Positions 51,183-63,408 of a stretch of DNA of 64,000 nt are shown here, piece after piece. The stretch comes from Amoebidium appalachense (taxonomy: Eukaryota; Protista; Ichthyosporea): assembly GCA_963693365.1 (NCBI GenBank), contig CAVNZM010000003.1:3667106-3731105 (forward strand). Direction: 5' to 3'. Below the pieces are notes generated by a model. That model searched no databases, was not told the DNA's origin, and saw nothing but the letters and a program-made list of their open reading frames with translations. The translations under genes and the position numbers were made by a program. How positions within the stretch are numbered: position 1 is the stretch's first letter; each line of letters starts with the position of its first letter.

Positions 51183-52835
51183 TTAAATTCCTATGACTAC
51201 GTTCACACTCCTCCTCGGTCTCCTCCCCCTCCCTCCCCCTCCCCCCGTGTGTCTACGTGTATTTGCATCACTCCCCCCCCGGCCCCCTCCCCCCACCGAC
51301 TTTTTCACACCACGATTAAACTGAGGAATAACTCTCTTTGGCCGAGAGGGAGCACTAGGCAACTCCCTCTGCACTAATCTAGCCTCATAAGCACGAATAG
51401 AAAACGGGCAATCCAAATGAAACTCAGGCAACCACTGATCTTCCTGATAACCTCCCTCAAAACGAATTAAATAATAATTTACCTTACCTTCCTTACCTTC
51501 GATAACCTTTTTATCCATAATTTTATCTACTGCAGCCTCCGATACATCCACCGACCCGTCATAGTCGGGGGTGAATGCATCTAACACTCGACGGCCCTCC
51601 GGCCGTTTAACCCTAAGGGCCCTATCATAATATTCCTTTATATCATCTACATTATAAAATCTAACATCACTCTCATTATCTAACCTCTGCACCTTATATT
51701 CCGTCGGACCTAACCTAGCCACTATTTTATACGGACCGATAAAAAGAGGCAACCATTTCTTACCATACTTACGAAGACCTTCACCTTCACCCTTACCTTC
51801 CTGCTCCTGCTTATATCTCTTCTTCCTAGTATGATCCCTAATTAAAACTAAAGTACCCTCGGCAAATTCACGTAACGGACGTGTGGACACGTCTGTACGT
51901 GCCTGTGCCTGCTGTGTACGGGCCAGAGCTGCATCACGTGCAGCCCGGGCCCGGGTTAGTAGCTGCTCCCGGAACTCAGTCCAGTGGGGATAAGTTAGTC
52001 GGTCAGCCCCCCCCATCGGCAAAAGTGCCGTATCTAACAAACTAATAGCCTCCTGCCCATAGACCAAATAAAACGGAGAAAAACCAGTCACAGCATGAGG
52101 GGTAGAATTATATGAATGAGCAATAAACCTAGACATATGATCCCAATCATTAGCCTCCACATCCACCATTTTGCCAAAGGACTTCTGAAACACTGCATGC
52201 ACACGTTCAGAGATGGCATTTGCTTGAGGGTGATATGCAGACGTAGTGATATGAGCTACCCTTAAAATTTTACACACCTCCGACACCAACTGATTTAAAA
52301 ACACACGACTCCTATCCGTTAACAAAACACGAGGACAACCAAACCTAAGACAAATTTCATCCACAAAAATACGAGCAAACAAAACGGCATTAGCAGTGGG
52401 GAGAGGAAAAACTTCAACCCAACGAGTGGCCACATCGGTGACGGTAACAAGTACAGTGTTACCCTCAACCGTAGAATTTAAAGGACCGACCACATCCACT
52501 GCTACCCTTTCAAACATACGAACATTAAAATCCCTAATAAACGACGGGCGGGAACGAGAGTGGGGACTCTCATTCCTTTCCTGACAATGCATGCATGACA
52601 ACACATAATCCCTCACCTCCCTACTCATACCCGGCCAAAAATACGAACGATTAACACGAAGCAACGTCCTATTTACACCTAAATGACCAGCCATGGGATG
52701 CTCATGCACCATATGCAAAACCTCAGGCACAAGTGCCGTCGGGACCCAAACTCGGTGTCCGTCTGGCCCAGAACAATGATAAACTAAATCCTGCTCTACC
52801 TGACACATTTTTGCTAACTTAGCTACCTTAATCAT
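51183..52835 (-). CDS. Gypsy integrase with C-terminal chromodomain
   Basis: HEHPMAGHLG...CMHC zinc motif, VAVDVVGP, LLTDRS, HPQANAISER, GPY motif, and a chromodomain AVDKIMDKK...YYLIRFEGG...DQWLPEFHL. Confidence 0.9.
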   Translation of the reverse strand: MIKVAKLAKMCQVEQDLVYHCSGPDGHRVWVPTALVPEVLHMVHEHPMAGHLGVNRTLLRVNRSYFWPGMSREVRDYVLSCMHCQERNESPHSRSRPSFIRDFNVRMFERVAVDVVGPLNSTVEGNTVLVTVTDVATRWVEVFPLPTANAVLFARIFVDEICLRFGCPRVLLTDRSRVFLNQLVSEVCKILRVAHITTSAYHPQANAISERVHAVFQKSFGKMVDVEANDWDHMSRFIAHSYNSTPHAVTGFSPFYLVYGQEAISLLDTALLPMGGADRLTYPHWTEFREQLLTRARAARDAALARTQQAQARTDVSTRPLREFAEGTLVLIRDHTRKKRYKQEQEGKGEGEGLRKYGKKWLPLFIGPYKIVARLGPTEYKVQRLDNESDVRFYNVDDIKEYYDRALRVKRPEGRRVLDAFTPDYDGSVDVSEAAVDKIMDKKVIEGKEGKVNYYLIRFEGGYQEDQWLPEFHLDCPFSIRAYEARLVQRELPSAPSRPKRVIPQFNRGVKKSVGGGGRGGSDANTRRHTGGGGGRGRRPRRSVNVVIGI

Positions 52836-53071
52836 CTGCCTTTTATTTGTAAATTTAATCGAATCAACCTACCCCTTTAAATAATTCTTAACCAGACCAA
52901 TCAACACATCTTCCTCCTGAGCTAAGATCAAAGCCGTAGGTGCTAAGGCAGGGGCCGAGCCATGAGACTCGGTCCCGACCTCAGACACCGACAAATACCT
53001 CCCCCCCCCTCTCCTACACTTATAAGCAAGCAACCCCGGAACCCAAGAAGACACATCCACAGACACAGCAT

Positions 53072-55054
53072 CTATTCCTTTCTGCTCACTCGCCCCCCCT
53101 TCCCCCCCTCCCCCCCCCGTCTCTCACTATCCCCCCCCTCCCCCTCCTTCTCTTCTTCAAACAAAATATAAGCAGCACGAGAGAGAGCATCACAGTCGAC
53201 CATTGTTTCACCCTTGGCATAAAACAATTTATAGGAGAACTCACCGAGAGCCGCGGCCCACTTCTGCATCCTCTCGTTGACCAGACGAGTGGTGCCGGCC
53301 ATGGCTAGGCAGGGCTTGTGGTCGGTGTAGACCTCAAACGTCCTGCCTGCGAGTATATACCTCCATGCCTGTGAGACTGCCCAAAAGATAGCATGGGACT
53401 CTCTCTCCGGATTGCTATATCTACGTTCACTTTTACTAAATGAACGACTAGCATAAGCAATCACTCTATCCTGCCCCTCCTGCACTTGATATAACACGGC
53501 CCCCTCAGCAACCTTACTTGCATCGCACCGAACTTTAAACATCCCCCCCCCGGCCGAAAAATCAGGATGAACAAGCATACTCGAAGACTGCAAAGCTAAC
53601 TTAAGCTTTTCGAAAGCAGAAACAGCATCAACATTCCAATCTATTCTATTCTTCTTCTCCCCCCCCGTCTGACTAGTTAACGGCAAAGCAAGCATACTAT
53701 AGTCCTTAATATAACGACGAAGATAATTAGTTAAACCTAAAAATTGCCTTAGTTGAGTGACAGTCTGAGGACGGGGCCACTCAACTATGGCCCGGATTTT
53801 CTCCGGATCAGGGGAAAGACCATTACTAGACACAATATGACCTAAAAACTTAACCTCCGGCACACCAATCACAGTCTTGCTACCGCTAATACGAAGACCA
53901 GACTCACCCAAAGCTAAAAATACTTTTTCACAATTATTAACTAACTCCTCAAATGACCTACCTTTAATTAAAACATCATCCAAATAAGGGTGGCATACAT
54001 CCAAATGAGGGTGGAGAATTTTATACATTACCCGGCACAACATAGCTGGAGAGGAGAGCAAACCCATCGGCACCACCTTGTACTGGAACAGCTGGTCACC
54101 CAGTGCAAAGGCAGTCTTCTCCTTGCTGCTCTCCTCCAACCTTATCTGCCAAAAAGCTGCTTTTAAATCAAGTTTAGCAAAGTGAGTATAGCCGTGCAGC
54201 TGTGAAAGCTGCTCGTCTATGTTAGGGAGAGGCCATTGGTCTGCCTTAGTGATCCGATTCAGAGCCCTGTAATCGTTCACTAGGCGCCAAGACCCGTCGG
54301 GCTTCTTAACCAATAGCACCGGACTTCTCCACGGACTCGAACTATGCTCCACATGACCCTTTTTTAACATATCACTCACTATTATTAGCGCATCCGACAA
54401 TTTATACTGCTCCATTCTATAGCTAGGCATCACTACCGGCCTATTATCACCTGTGTCGATCTGCATTTCAAACCCTTTAACGAAGCCTACTTCGTTATCA
54501 TCGGCCAGAAATGCAAACCGAGTCCTATCAAATAACTTAGCTAGCAATTTTTTCTGTTCTACCGTCCAATCCCCCTCCTTCATACCAAACGGCAATACTA
54601 ACTCCGGGTTACCCCCATCACAAGTGGATGCATCCTTATTCACCGGAGTGCCACTTAACATTTCACCTCCTGTATTACATCGGTGCTGCTCGGGGTGAGG
54701 TTGAGGTACCTCCGGATATAGGCGGTCACCCTTAGCACCCCCCCCTCCCCCCGGCACACCAATGCCCCCGGGCAATTCCTGATGAGTTAGTGCATGTATG
54801 TGGGGGGCCAGGTCTGTGGCCACCCTGCCCCCCACGGTGTTGGTTAACCCGTCAGATCCACGGGTTAGACCAACACCCTCCCCCCTTGCCTGCACATTCT
54901 CACACCCGGGGTGACCCTCCTTCCTCTTGGGGGTCGGGGGAGTGGGACCGGTGCTGTCCCGGTCCCCCCCCCCCATCGTGTCGGGTGACATTTTGGTGGC
55001 TAACGTTAAATAAAGTTGTTCCCCCTCCTCCTGAGTCACCCTTCGAGCCGGCAT
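53072..55054 (-). CDS. Gypsy reverse transcriptase-RNase H segment
   Basis: SPVLLVKKPDGSWRLVNDYRALN, LDLKAAFWQ, VPMGL, YLDD, FLGH, CDAS, YTDHKP, CDALSR. Confidence 0.92.
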   Translation of the reverse strand: MPARRVTQEEGEQLYLTLATKMSPDTMGGGDRDSTGPTPPTPKRKEGHPGCENVQARGEGVGLTRGSDGLTNTVGGRVATDLAPHIHALTHQELPGGIGVPGGGGGAKGDRLYPEVPQPHPEQHRCNTGGEMLSGTPVNKDASTCDGGNPELVLPFGMKEGDWTVEQKKLLAKLFDRTRFAFLADDNEVGFVKGFEMQIDTGDNRPVVMPSYRMEQYKLSDALIIVSDMLKKGHVEHSSSPWRSPVLLVKKPDGSWRLVNDYRALNRITKADQWPLPNIDEQLSQLHGYTHFAKLDLKAAFWQIRLEESSKEKTAFALGDQLFQYKVVPMGLLSSPAMLCRVMYKILHPHLDVCHPYLDDVLIKGRSFEELVNNCEKVFLALGESGLRISGSKTVIGVPEVKFLGHIVSSNGLSPDPEKIRAIVEWPRPQTVTQLRQFLGLTNYLRRYIKDYSMLALPLTSQTGGEKKNRIDWNVDAVSAFEKLKLALQSSSMLVHPDFSAGGGMFKVRCDASKVAEGAVLYQVQEGQDRVIAYASRSFSKSERRYSNPERESHAIFWAVSQAWRYILAGRTFEVYTDHKPCLAMAGTTRLVNERMQKWAAALGEFSYKLFYAKGETMVDCDALSRAAYILFEEEKEGEGGDSERRGGEGGKGGRVSRKE

Positions 55055-55059
55055 CCTCC

Positions 55060-57796
55060 TTTTGGGTAATAAGAGAGACCTCTATACTACCAATCTCATT
55101 AGTGAAACTACCGACGGAAACACCTGACCTAATCACTATAGGCTCGATGCCCGGATTCACTAATTCTATTTCTATTGTCTTATCCGGCTAATTCTATTTC
55201 TATTGTCTTATCCGGCCATACCCTACTAAGGGTCCATTGGGCCACCTCCTGAAATGGGGTTTTCGGAGTAAAAACCCCTAAATCCCCTATCCTAACATGA
55301 TTGCCGGCCCGGACACGTACCGTTTGGCACTGATAAGGCTCGATTACTACTTCAGCTACCGTTCTAGCACCAGACTGATAACCGTCGAGCCCATCATGGG
55401 TTTTAATTTTAACGCCGGACTGCAATTCTAAAACATTCGTACGTTCAAACAAAGCATTCACATGTCTACGGAAAAATGGGGCTCCCAACAAAACACTTTG
55501 AGCTAAATCCTTAACCACATAACAAGCAATATGCATAGCCTGGCCACCTATCTCACACGGCAACACACAAACACCTTCCACAGACATACTACTATTATTA
55601 GCACTACCTAAGGCTGTGCTAGAAGCATCTAATATAGGAATTTCCCCCCGGCCTGATTAAAACGACGAATAAACGAAGCATGCACACAATTAACCTGAGC
55701 CCCTCCATCGAGCAAAGCAACAGCCTTCAACTTACCATCAGCTAACCATACGTCTATATAATGCCGGCTAAAACCAACTAAATCCTCCTCCAATTCAAGC
55801 AACACATCATCACTCACTCCCAATCCCTGCCCACGAAGACTCACACCCTCGATACCTACGTGCAACATACCTACTTGTGGTGCCTGCACGGGTGGGGTGG
55901 GGTGTGTATGTGATGTGGGTGGTGGTGGAGTGTGTGTGTGTGATGTGTGGGTGGGTGGTGTGTGTGTGTGTGGTGTATGTGTGGGTGTGTGTGTGGGTGT
56001 AGGTGTGTCTGCAACCGTCGTATGTTGTTGTGGTGGTGTGTTTCTATGTGTCTGTGCCTTCCCCCCCTTCCCCCTTTACTCGTGTGTGTCCCCCCCCCTC
56101 CCGGAAACAATGGCACAGAAACCCCCTCCGGTGTGGTTAGAACAAACACCGGGTTGGGACAAGAAACACTGAGACCATCCACTTGTGGCTGGGGAACCTC
56201 CCCCAACCACAAAACATTCACACCATTCATACCTTTGGTAGAGTCACCCCACAAACATTCATGCCATACCACCTCGACGCTGTCTTGAGGACCCACGACG
56301 ATGCCCGGCTCCCACACGTATCGGGGCGGTGAGGGGGCAAAGGGAAGCTTAACCTGGGGTGGGGGAGGGTGAAGGTTCTCTGCAACCTGGGGGGGACCGA
56401 TACTGTCCCCCCCCCCTCCCTCAGTGACCCCAGCTTCCCCCTCCCCCGGAACTCAATAGCTCTTGTAACTACGGCAATATGCAGCAGAGTGCCCTTGCCG
56501 GCCACAAAAGTAACATGCACCAAAGAAGGGGCCAGGGGGGACTTCAAAACCTTGGCGCAAAGCATAACCGGGAGCCCGGTCATGCTGGGGGGCCCACCGT
56601 GTGCACCACGGCCCCCCCTTCCCCCCTGCCCCCCTCGGCCTCTCTCACCACCATTTCCACCCCTCCCTCTACCCTGCCCACCACCACGAGCAAGATAAGG
56701 GGCAAACCTCTCGGTGAACTGCTGCTGTTGTCCTCCACGTCCACCTCGGCCACGACCGCCGTGTCCACCCCGGTCGCCGCCACGGCCACCTCGGAAGCCG
56801 AAGCCCCCTCGGCCAGAAAAGACGGCCTGGGAGAGCTCGGCAACCTGCTTGACCAACATGGTGAGTGCATCTGGCTGTTCACCCTCTTTTTTCTCTTTTT
56901 CCCCCTTCTGTCCACTCTCCTTCTTTTTCTTGTCTACTTCCATCACCTCCTTTTTATCCCTCTTATTGAACTTCACCTCGTGCATGGCAAGCAAGTGACG
57001 TTTAACATGCAACACCACCTCATCTACATCATCATGCTCCCCAAACATGCGTGCAGTGTCTGTGTTTACAGAGAGAGCCTTACGAGCAAACTCGAATTTT
57101 TCCCTATCACTCACGTCACCAGCTAACTCACAAAGGTCCTCAAAGACCCGATATTCCCTCTCAAAGAATGCACGAGCTTCTACGGGGGACATATCTAGTG
57201 TGGGAAAGGTATACTTCCATTCTCTGAGCTGGGCCCGGAAGGTACGGTGTCATACGGCGCCGGTCGGCCGTCAGGTATCGGCCGACGAGCCGGGCCGTAT
57301 ACTCGAGCTCGTTTTCCGGCCGTGTGAAGGCCTCGAGCTCCCCGTCCACGTCGTCGGTGCTGTTCTCGTCCTCGTCGTCGGGGATGAACCGTGCGGCCAG
57401 ACGTTTCTGGCCGAGTGTCCGGGACACCATCTCGTCCCTCCCCTCGTCGTACTGCTGCTCGTATATACGAGCCGTCACCTGGGGGGCCTGCTCGGCCCGG
57501 TACGGGTGCTCCTCCATCAGGGTGCATAAGTCGGCCATTGTTTTGTGGTCGATGCACTGTTTGATCATTAAGCACGAGGCCGCCACAGTGGGGGCCTTCT
57601 TTGTGTCTAACACTAGTGTGGGTGTGTTAGCTAGGAGTGTCCTAAGCCACCTAGGGATTTCCGAGTCGTGTTTGAGTGTAAAACTGAAAGCTGTGGTCTG
57701 TCTAACGTCTAGTGTATGAACCTGTGGTACCTGTGTGTGCAGGGAGCTATCCTCCGCTGCCAATGCGTAGAACATGTCTACGTTAAACTTAGCCAT
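55060..57796 (-). pseudogene. Gypsy gag and protease region, broken into several frames
   Basis: Gag pieces at 57161-57796 and 56227-57192; CYFCGRQGHSAAYC knuckle near 56475-56520 in another frame; protease LLDGGAQ near 55710; 28-bp tandem duplication at 55160-55215. Confidence 0.8.
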
Positions 57797-57834
57797 TGTG
57801 TGGTGTGTGCCCTAACTCGTGTGGTTGTGGTTAT

Positions 57835-57869
<35 letters not shown>

Positions 57870-58596
57870 TGTGTTTGAGGTGTAGCAACAGCCCAGAAGG
57901 AACTGTCACCGCGTTACCCTAGCGCGAAAAACCGCACTAAAAGAAAGGTGTAGCTTGTCGTATCCTAATGTATGTGTACTAGAGACGCGGCACTCTACTA
58001 AGTGTACCCACACGAAAAGGAACGAACGTGTACAGAAAAACGGTAAAGTTTATTAAGACCAGGCTCCGACGGGCAAACTTAGATCCGTACGGATTGAGTC
58101 TAAGTTACGACTGAGGCCATCAAGGCCGTGCCCTACAAGATCATCATCACCTGGCCCCCTACGATGCCACATTCCATTAACATTCCGATCTACTTTTATC
58201 GTGCGCCTGCACGAGCTAAGTCGATCTACTCAACTAATATATTTATCCAAGTCTCACCCCTCACCCTCCCCCTAGTGGCACCGCAGAGTCTAAATCTACA
58301 TTTCATACTATCCTCCCCCCCCCTCCCTCCCCCCCTTTCCTCTACATCTAAATATATAAATACGTTTGGCAACATATACTATCAAACCTTGCCAATCCTT
58401 ACAAAAGGGCTTCTGCCCGAACAATGACATTCCTAAGTCCTCCTACGATCTATCCTACACACTAATTAGAATTCTATTGGACGGCTGTCCCGGCTGACGT
58501 GGTCCAATGCCCTGCGCCGGCAGAGGCAAGATGCACGCAGCTGTACAGCTATCTTGAGGCCCCGGACTTGATCTTGATGATCTGTGGACCCGGGCC

Positions 58597-58633
<37 letters not shown>

Positions 58634-59239
58634 ATCTCGATCGTAGACTTAGGCTAATCTGCTGAGACGGATTAGTATATGTCACACACCCACCATAGTT
58701 TTCATGGTTCGTTAGATGTCAATTAACAGTTATTCATACATATTCTTTTAGAGTATTTATTTTATTTTTTCAAAATAATAAACTCCCGTACTTGTCTCTG
58801 ATTTCATGTCCATGAGTCTCGGGGAGCCACGACGGTAGCAAGAAATGGTCTTGCCTCCGGCAAGAGGTTTTGCTCCATTAATAAATAACTTGATAAACAA
58901 AACGACAAGCAATTCTTGTATAAGCAACATGGGGTGTCCGGCGACTATTTCGTAGCGAAAACAGGCAAAAACCATAATTCAATCATAGACGATCGACCTC
59001 GAGGCAAGGTGGTAAGAGGCTATGCAAGACGGGTTTTGATGATTTTAGCGATGTAGGCGTAATGTCGGAGCACCCCGACTGCTTATATCATTTTTGTGCG
59101 CCTTTTTATTTCCTAAAACTTTTTCTTATGGGCGAAACCCAACTTTTTAAGTAAAATCGGGGAATAACTGCTTTTGAGAGGCTGTCGGTCTGAGATTTTG
59201 GCCTGTCACCGCCTGAGCGGCCCTTACCTTGGCCCTTAC

Positions 59240-59307
59240 TTTTGGCGCAACCAATCACAAGATTCAAATTGTTCCGGTGAGCCATATAAGGTTAGGCAGA
59301 ATTTGAA
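59240..59307 (+). promoter_or_regulatory. Promoter-like motif cluster: E2F, CCAAT, CHR, CArG
   Basis: TTTTGGCGC 59240-59248; CCAAT 59251-59255; TTCAAA 59263-59268; CCATATAAGG 59282-59291; TTTGAA 59302-59307. Lies 1.2 kb upstream of the gene at 60522. Confidence 0.5.
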
Positions 59308-60521
59308 AAAAAAACATTTCTAAACCGGTCTATAAATCAACTTGCACGTGTACCTGGCAAGTTTTCTGGCGAGATCCAGCAAATCAAGTTGTAAGCCGCG
59401 GCATGCCGGCATGCCGAGGCCTAGGCATGCATGGCCATGTACCGTGACACGCGACAAAGTACATATACAATGGCTGTATGGTGCATATAGCAGATAAAGA
59501 GGTTTGCAGTGCGTGTACAGGACCGAAATATGATATGAGACTTGTTCCATGTGTCTGTAACGGAGCCAATCTTTTTCGGAACGGCACCCCGCTGCGTAAG
59601 TCACACTGACCCGGGCCCGGGCTTCCCAGGAGTGGGACGATTTCTATTCATCTTGTACGTGGAGTGGGGACAGGTGATTGTGGTCCGCAGACCGCATACC
59701 GTGATACAAAACAACCAATCATTACGGAATTTCCCCACATTCCAGTGGATAAACCTATTTGGCTCTGCATTCATTCGACAGGGGGCATGTAATATGAACC
59801 AGTCCTTGGATATTATGGTAGCCGCTAAAATTTTCATTTCATGGTTTATACTGTTAACATTTATCTATGGAAAAATATATGTAAGAGACGATAGATTTTT
59901 ATGACAAATAAGGAGGGTAGCATAAGCAATCTATCAAGCCCTTTTGAGGAAGCACCCCATATCGTGCAATAGTGGCTCCCGGATGGGCTGCAGATATCGA
60001 TCTGCATATTTACACTCTAAACCTCCAATGTGGGCTCAACGTTAAAATGTTGATTTCCAAAAAAAATTGCAATTTATATTTCACAACACAAGCTGTAATG
60101 CTTTTGCCGTTATATGTTATTACTTAAACCATTTTGTGATTTTTTAATATAAAAATAAGTGGAAGATATGGTTTTATTTGTCCGTTTACATTCTTGAAAG
60201 AGGATTTAGAGGAGTTAATAGAGGTGCGGATATCCCAAAGCCATAAGAGTTTAAGGAGCCATGTCACCAAGTTGAACGGCGGGTATATCAAACTTTTTGC
60301 TGTTATCGAAGTTCAGTACTCCACACACATACGTATACGTCTTACACCTGAGTTATCTTCTTTTTCCTTTGCTAGTTTGAGGCATACAAGCATAAACATT
60401 TACTAGCAAATATGTTAGCTCACACAGTACAGCACATGTAAGGTGATATATTGTGTTTTTTGTGCAAGCATCGCAACAACAACCTCGCAAGTAGGATCCG
60501 TTAATAACTTTTCTCTTAAAG

Positions 60522-63408
60522 ATGGCAGCCGCAGTGACATGCCAACCCATGCTGCGCCGCACAGGCGCGCAGCTGGACGGCAAATACTCATACAACCAGA
60601 TATGTGTTGTGCCGAAGGAAAAAACACACACAGAAAACAACAACATGTACATGCACTCTCAGGCAAGCACGCATCGCCGACCTACATGTGACTCACGCAG
60701 TAATGCCAAAGGGAAACATGAGAATAATCAGACAGCCACAGATTTGACAGCGCGTGCTCCCGTTAGGCGGGTACAAAATGATGCTCATACAGCACCACAA
60801 AGCGAAGAAACAATGCAGGCGAATACAGAATTGAAACCAGAGGGTCATGTTGATAGCCACGAATCTCTGGCTCCAGAAGACCTGGCTCTGGAAATTGCAA
60901 TGGCTGGGGAGGAGGTGAGTAGAACGGGTGATTGCTGTTGTGCTTGCTGCTTTGTAGATGTGCATGCAGGCGCATGTGTTTTTGTTTAAAATGTTCGAAG
61001 GCATCTTTTTAAGAAGATTATACTGCTTCTCCTTGGCTGAGGAGATATCGAGTCCCTATTTTTTGTCTGAAATCTGTCCTACACGTGTGCACGACAGAAC
61101 CAATGGCATTTTGTTATGCAGGAAGACAAGTTGAGATGATGGTCTGTGGAAAGCGGGCGTTTTGAAAATGTGCCAGGAAGGAAGAAAGTGTTGTGCATAT
61201 AGAGGAGTAGGAATGCTGGAAGTCATGTTACACCTATGTTACACAAGCACATGTGCAACCATATGGACTTTTCCAAGGTTTTCTCGAGATTCACGGGGAC
61301 AGGGGGATATGTCTTGGTTGTTGGTTACATACACGGCATTCTCAATGCCTTGTGAATTGATTGATTGCTGATTTTATCATCATCTCAGATAACCGCCGGC
61401 CTTGCATCTGTGGATGCCCTGACAAAAGAGGTTCTACGCCACACATGCTCCGTCCCGGTGGGCGACCTACCGAACTGTCCCCGCCAAAACCATTTCTACA
61501 AACCTCTAACGCGCACAGCGTCTTTAAGTTACACACCTGACTCTCGGCATCTCCCACCCGATGTTGTTGCCGTTCCGTTAAAGAAAGAGGGTTCACACGG
61601 CGTTTATGGGAGCTACGACACCGCAGGGCTTCAGGGGGACAACGGAAGCGTAAAATCGGGCAGTGGTATGTTTTCGTTTTTACTCAAGCCCAAATTTTCG
61701 TCGGCATCGCGAAAGGCGAAAAACACGCTCTCTACCACGAGCGATATCAGTCATGGGGGAAGCATAACGAGTGTGGGTGGGATGGAGTGGTCTACTACCA
61801 GCGTTGGGAACACAGGATATGCACCGGTGAGTCTTTTCTCCTCTAATTTTTATTCAGAATAGAGGTTGGTTTGCTTGCCCTACTACACTTTGGGCAGTGT
61901 TTTTCTTATATTTCTTATGAACAGTCTTGCTGTAAGTTGCATGCAAGGATTCGTGCCCACTATACATACTTACACGCACACATGCATGCACCACGAGACG
62001 CACAGACACAGATTTAACCTCCCTCCCCTCCCCTCCCTCCCCCCTCTCTCTGCAACGTGTTCCTCGTTGAGAATGTGTCTCATAGCCAAATCTATGTGCA
62101 TCACGACATTTACTGTCAGCACTTGGTCTAAAATTACTCAGTCCCAAGTTTATTTCATGTGTGGCACTTTTGGTGTCCTCCTCTCCCTCTCTACCTTACC
62201 ATCCCCCACCCCACCCTCCCCCCCGGGCATATGTCGAACGTCGTTATTCACGATCTTTTACACATCCCCTCCCCCCTCCCCCCCCCCCCTCCCCCCAGCC
62301 CTCGCTCCTTTTCCTCTTCCTCCTCCTCCTCATTACCCCCACTTTCCTTGTTACTAACTCTTGGTTATTATACTTTTGCAGCATCACGGAGCAGACAACA
62401 ACGGCCATGAAGATGGCCTCCAATTCTCCACCACCCACCTCCCTGCCGGATGCACAGCAAAGCGAAGAAATAGCACGGCGTCTCTCTACTCCACCCACTC
62501 CACCATATCTACCGGCTCGATGGGGTCGGGGGTTCCCCACCACCTCCTCTCGGAGCCGCATCCGTTGAACTCCAAACGCAGGAGCAACTCCCTCACGCGT
62601 GTGTTTTCCGAAGTGGTGAATGCCGCGCTCAACATTGGAGATTATGCCGTCGACGTCGCGTGCGACGCCGTAACATCAGCGAAGCCCCACCAACCAAAAC
62701 ATGTACACAGTGGAACCCTTGCCCCGCCTACTACTCTCCCGAGCATCCCTGCCGAATCCCGTGACTGTGACTCTCAGCCCTTGACACGCACCAAGAGCCA
62801 CAGTGACATCGAAACCTCGCTAGCCGGTGGCCGTTCAAACGGTGAACGGACGGGTTCCGACGGACACCACAGTGCGTTCGGCGAGCTCCGGTCGACGCTT
62901 CGTCGGTCTTTCACCGCGAAAGTTGACTCGGCCACAGGTAGAAAAGAATTGCTTCGCGACCGCGCAAGACGCGGCTCCACGAATGCTGCCGAAAGCCCAT
63001 CGCTTGATTTTTCGCCGAAATCGGAAGGCGCCGGGTCGTCCCGTTCAAAGAACAGTGGTGGTCCGTCGATCATCACAGCGACGCCGTCAAACGGCGACCT
63101 CGAATACGACGGGATCTCCCTGCACACTTCGCGGGATGCGATGGCACGGTTGGGTCCTTCTGCCGGCAGCAACAGCAAGATTCACTTGCAGTCTCCGATG
63201 AATGTTCTCGGAAGGAAATCGAGTGCGCCAGAGCCAACCACGGGTTCTCATGAGGGTAGCCAACATGATTTCCCCAAGTGTCATTCAAGCCCCCGCCTGC
63301 CGGCCATCCAGTCGTATACCCCCCCGACGCTCCAACCCGTGATACAGCGAAACGCGGACTTGTGGGATAAGGTTGTGCAGGCGAAGCTGTCGGTCAATAA
63401 TCAGCCAG
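60522..63408 (+). CDS. Multi-exon gene, Ser/Thr-rich probably disordered N-terminal region, function unknown, probably continues beyond the window
   Basis: Exons 60522-60914, 61389-61826 and 62382-63408 join in phase 0 through GTGAGT donors and CAG acceptors. There is a possible donor at 63409; otherwise the frame stops at 63431. Confidence 0.72.

Larger units (their letters stand above)
50279..58684 (-). mobile_element. Full-length Ty3/gypsy LTR retrotransposon with chromodomain integrase, coding-defective
   Basis: LTRs at 50279-50999 (721 bp) and 57956-58684 (729 bp) differ by eye only in a poly-C run (27 vs 35). 5-bp TSD CACAC; PPT GGGGGGGAG before the 3' LTR; domain order gag-PR-RT-RH-IN-chromo. 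Confidence 0.96.
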
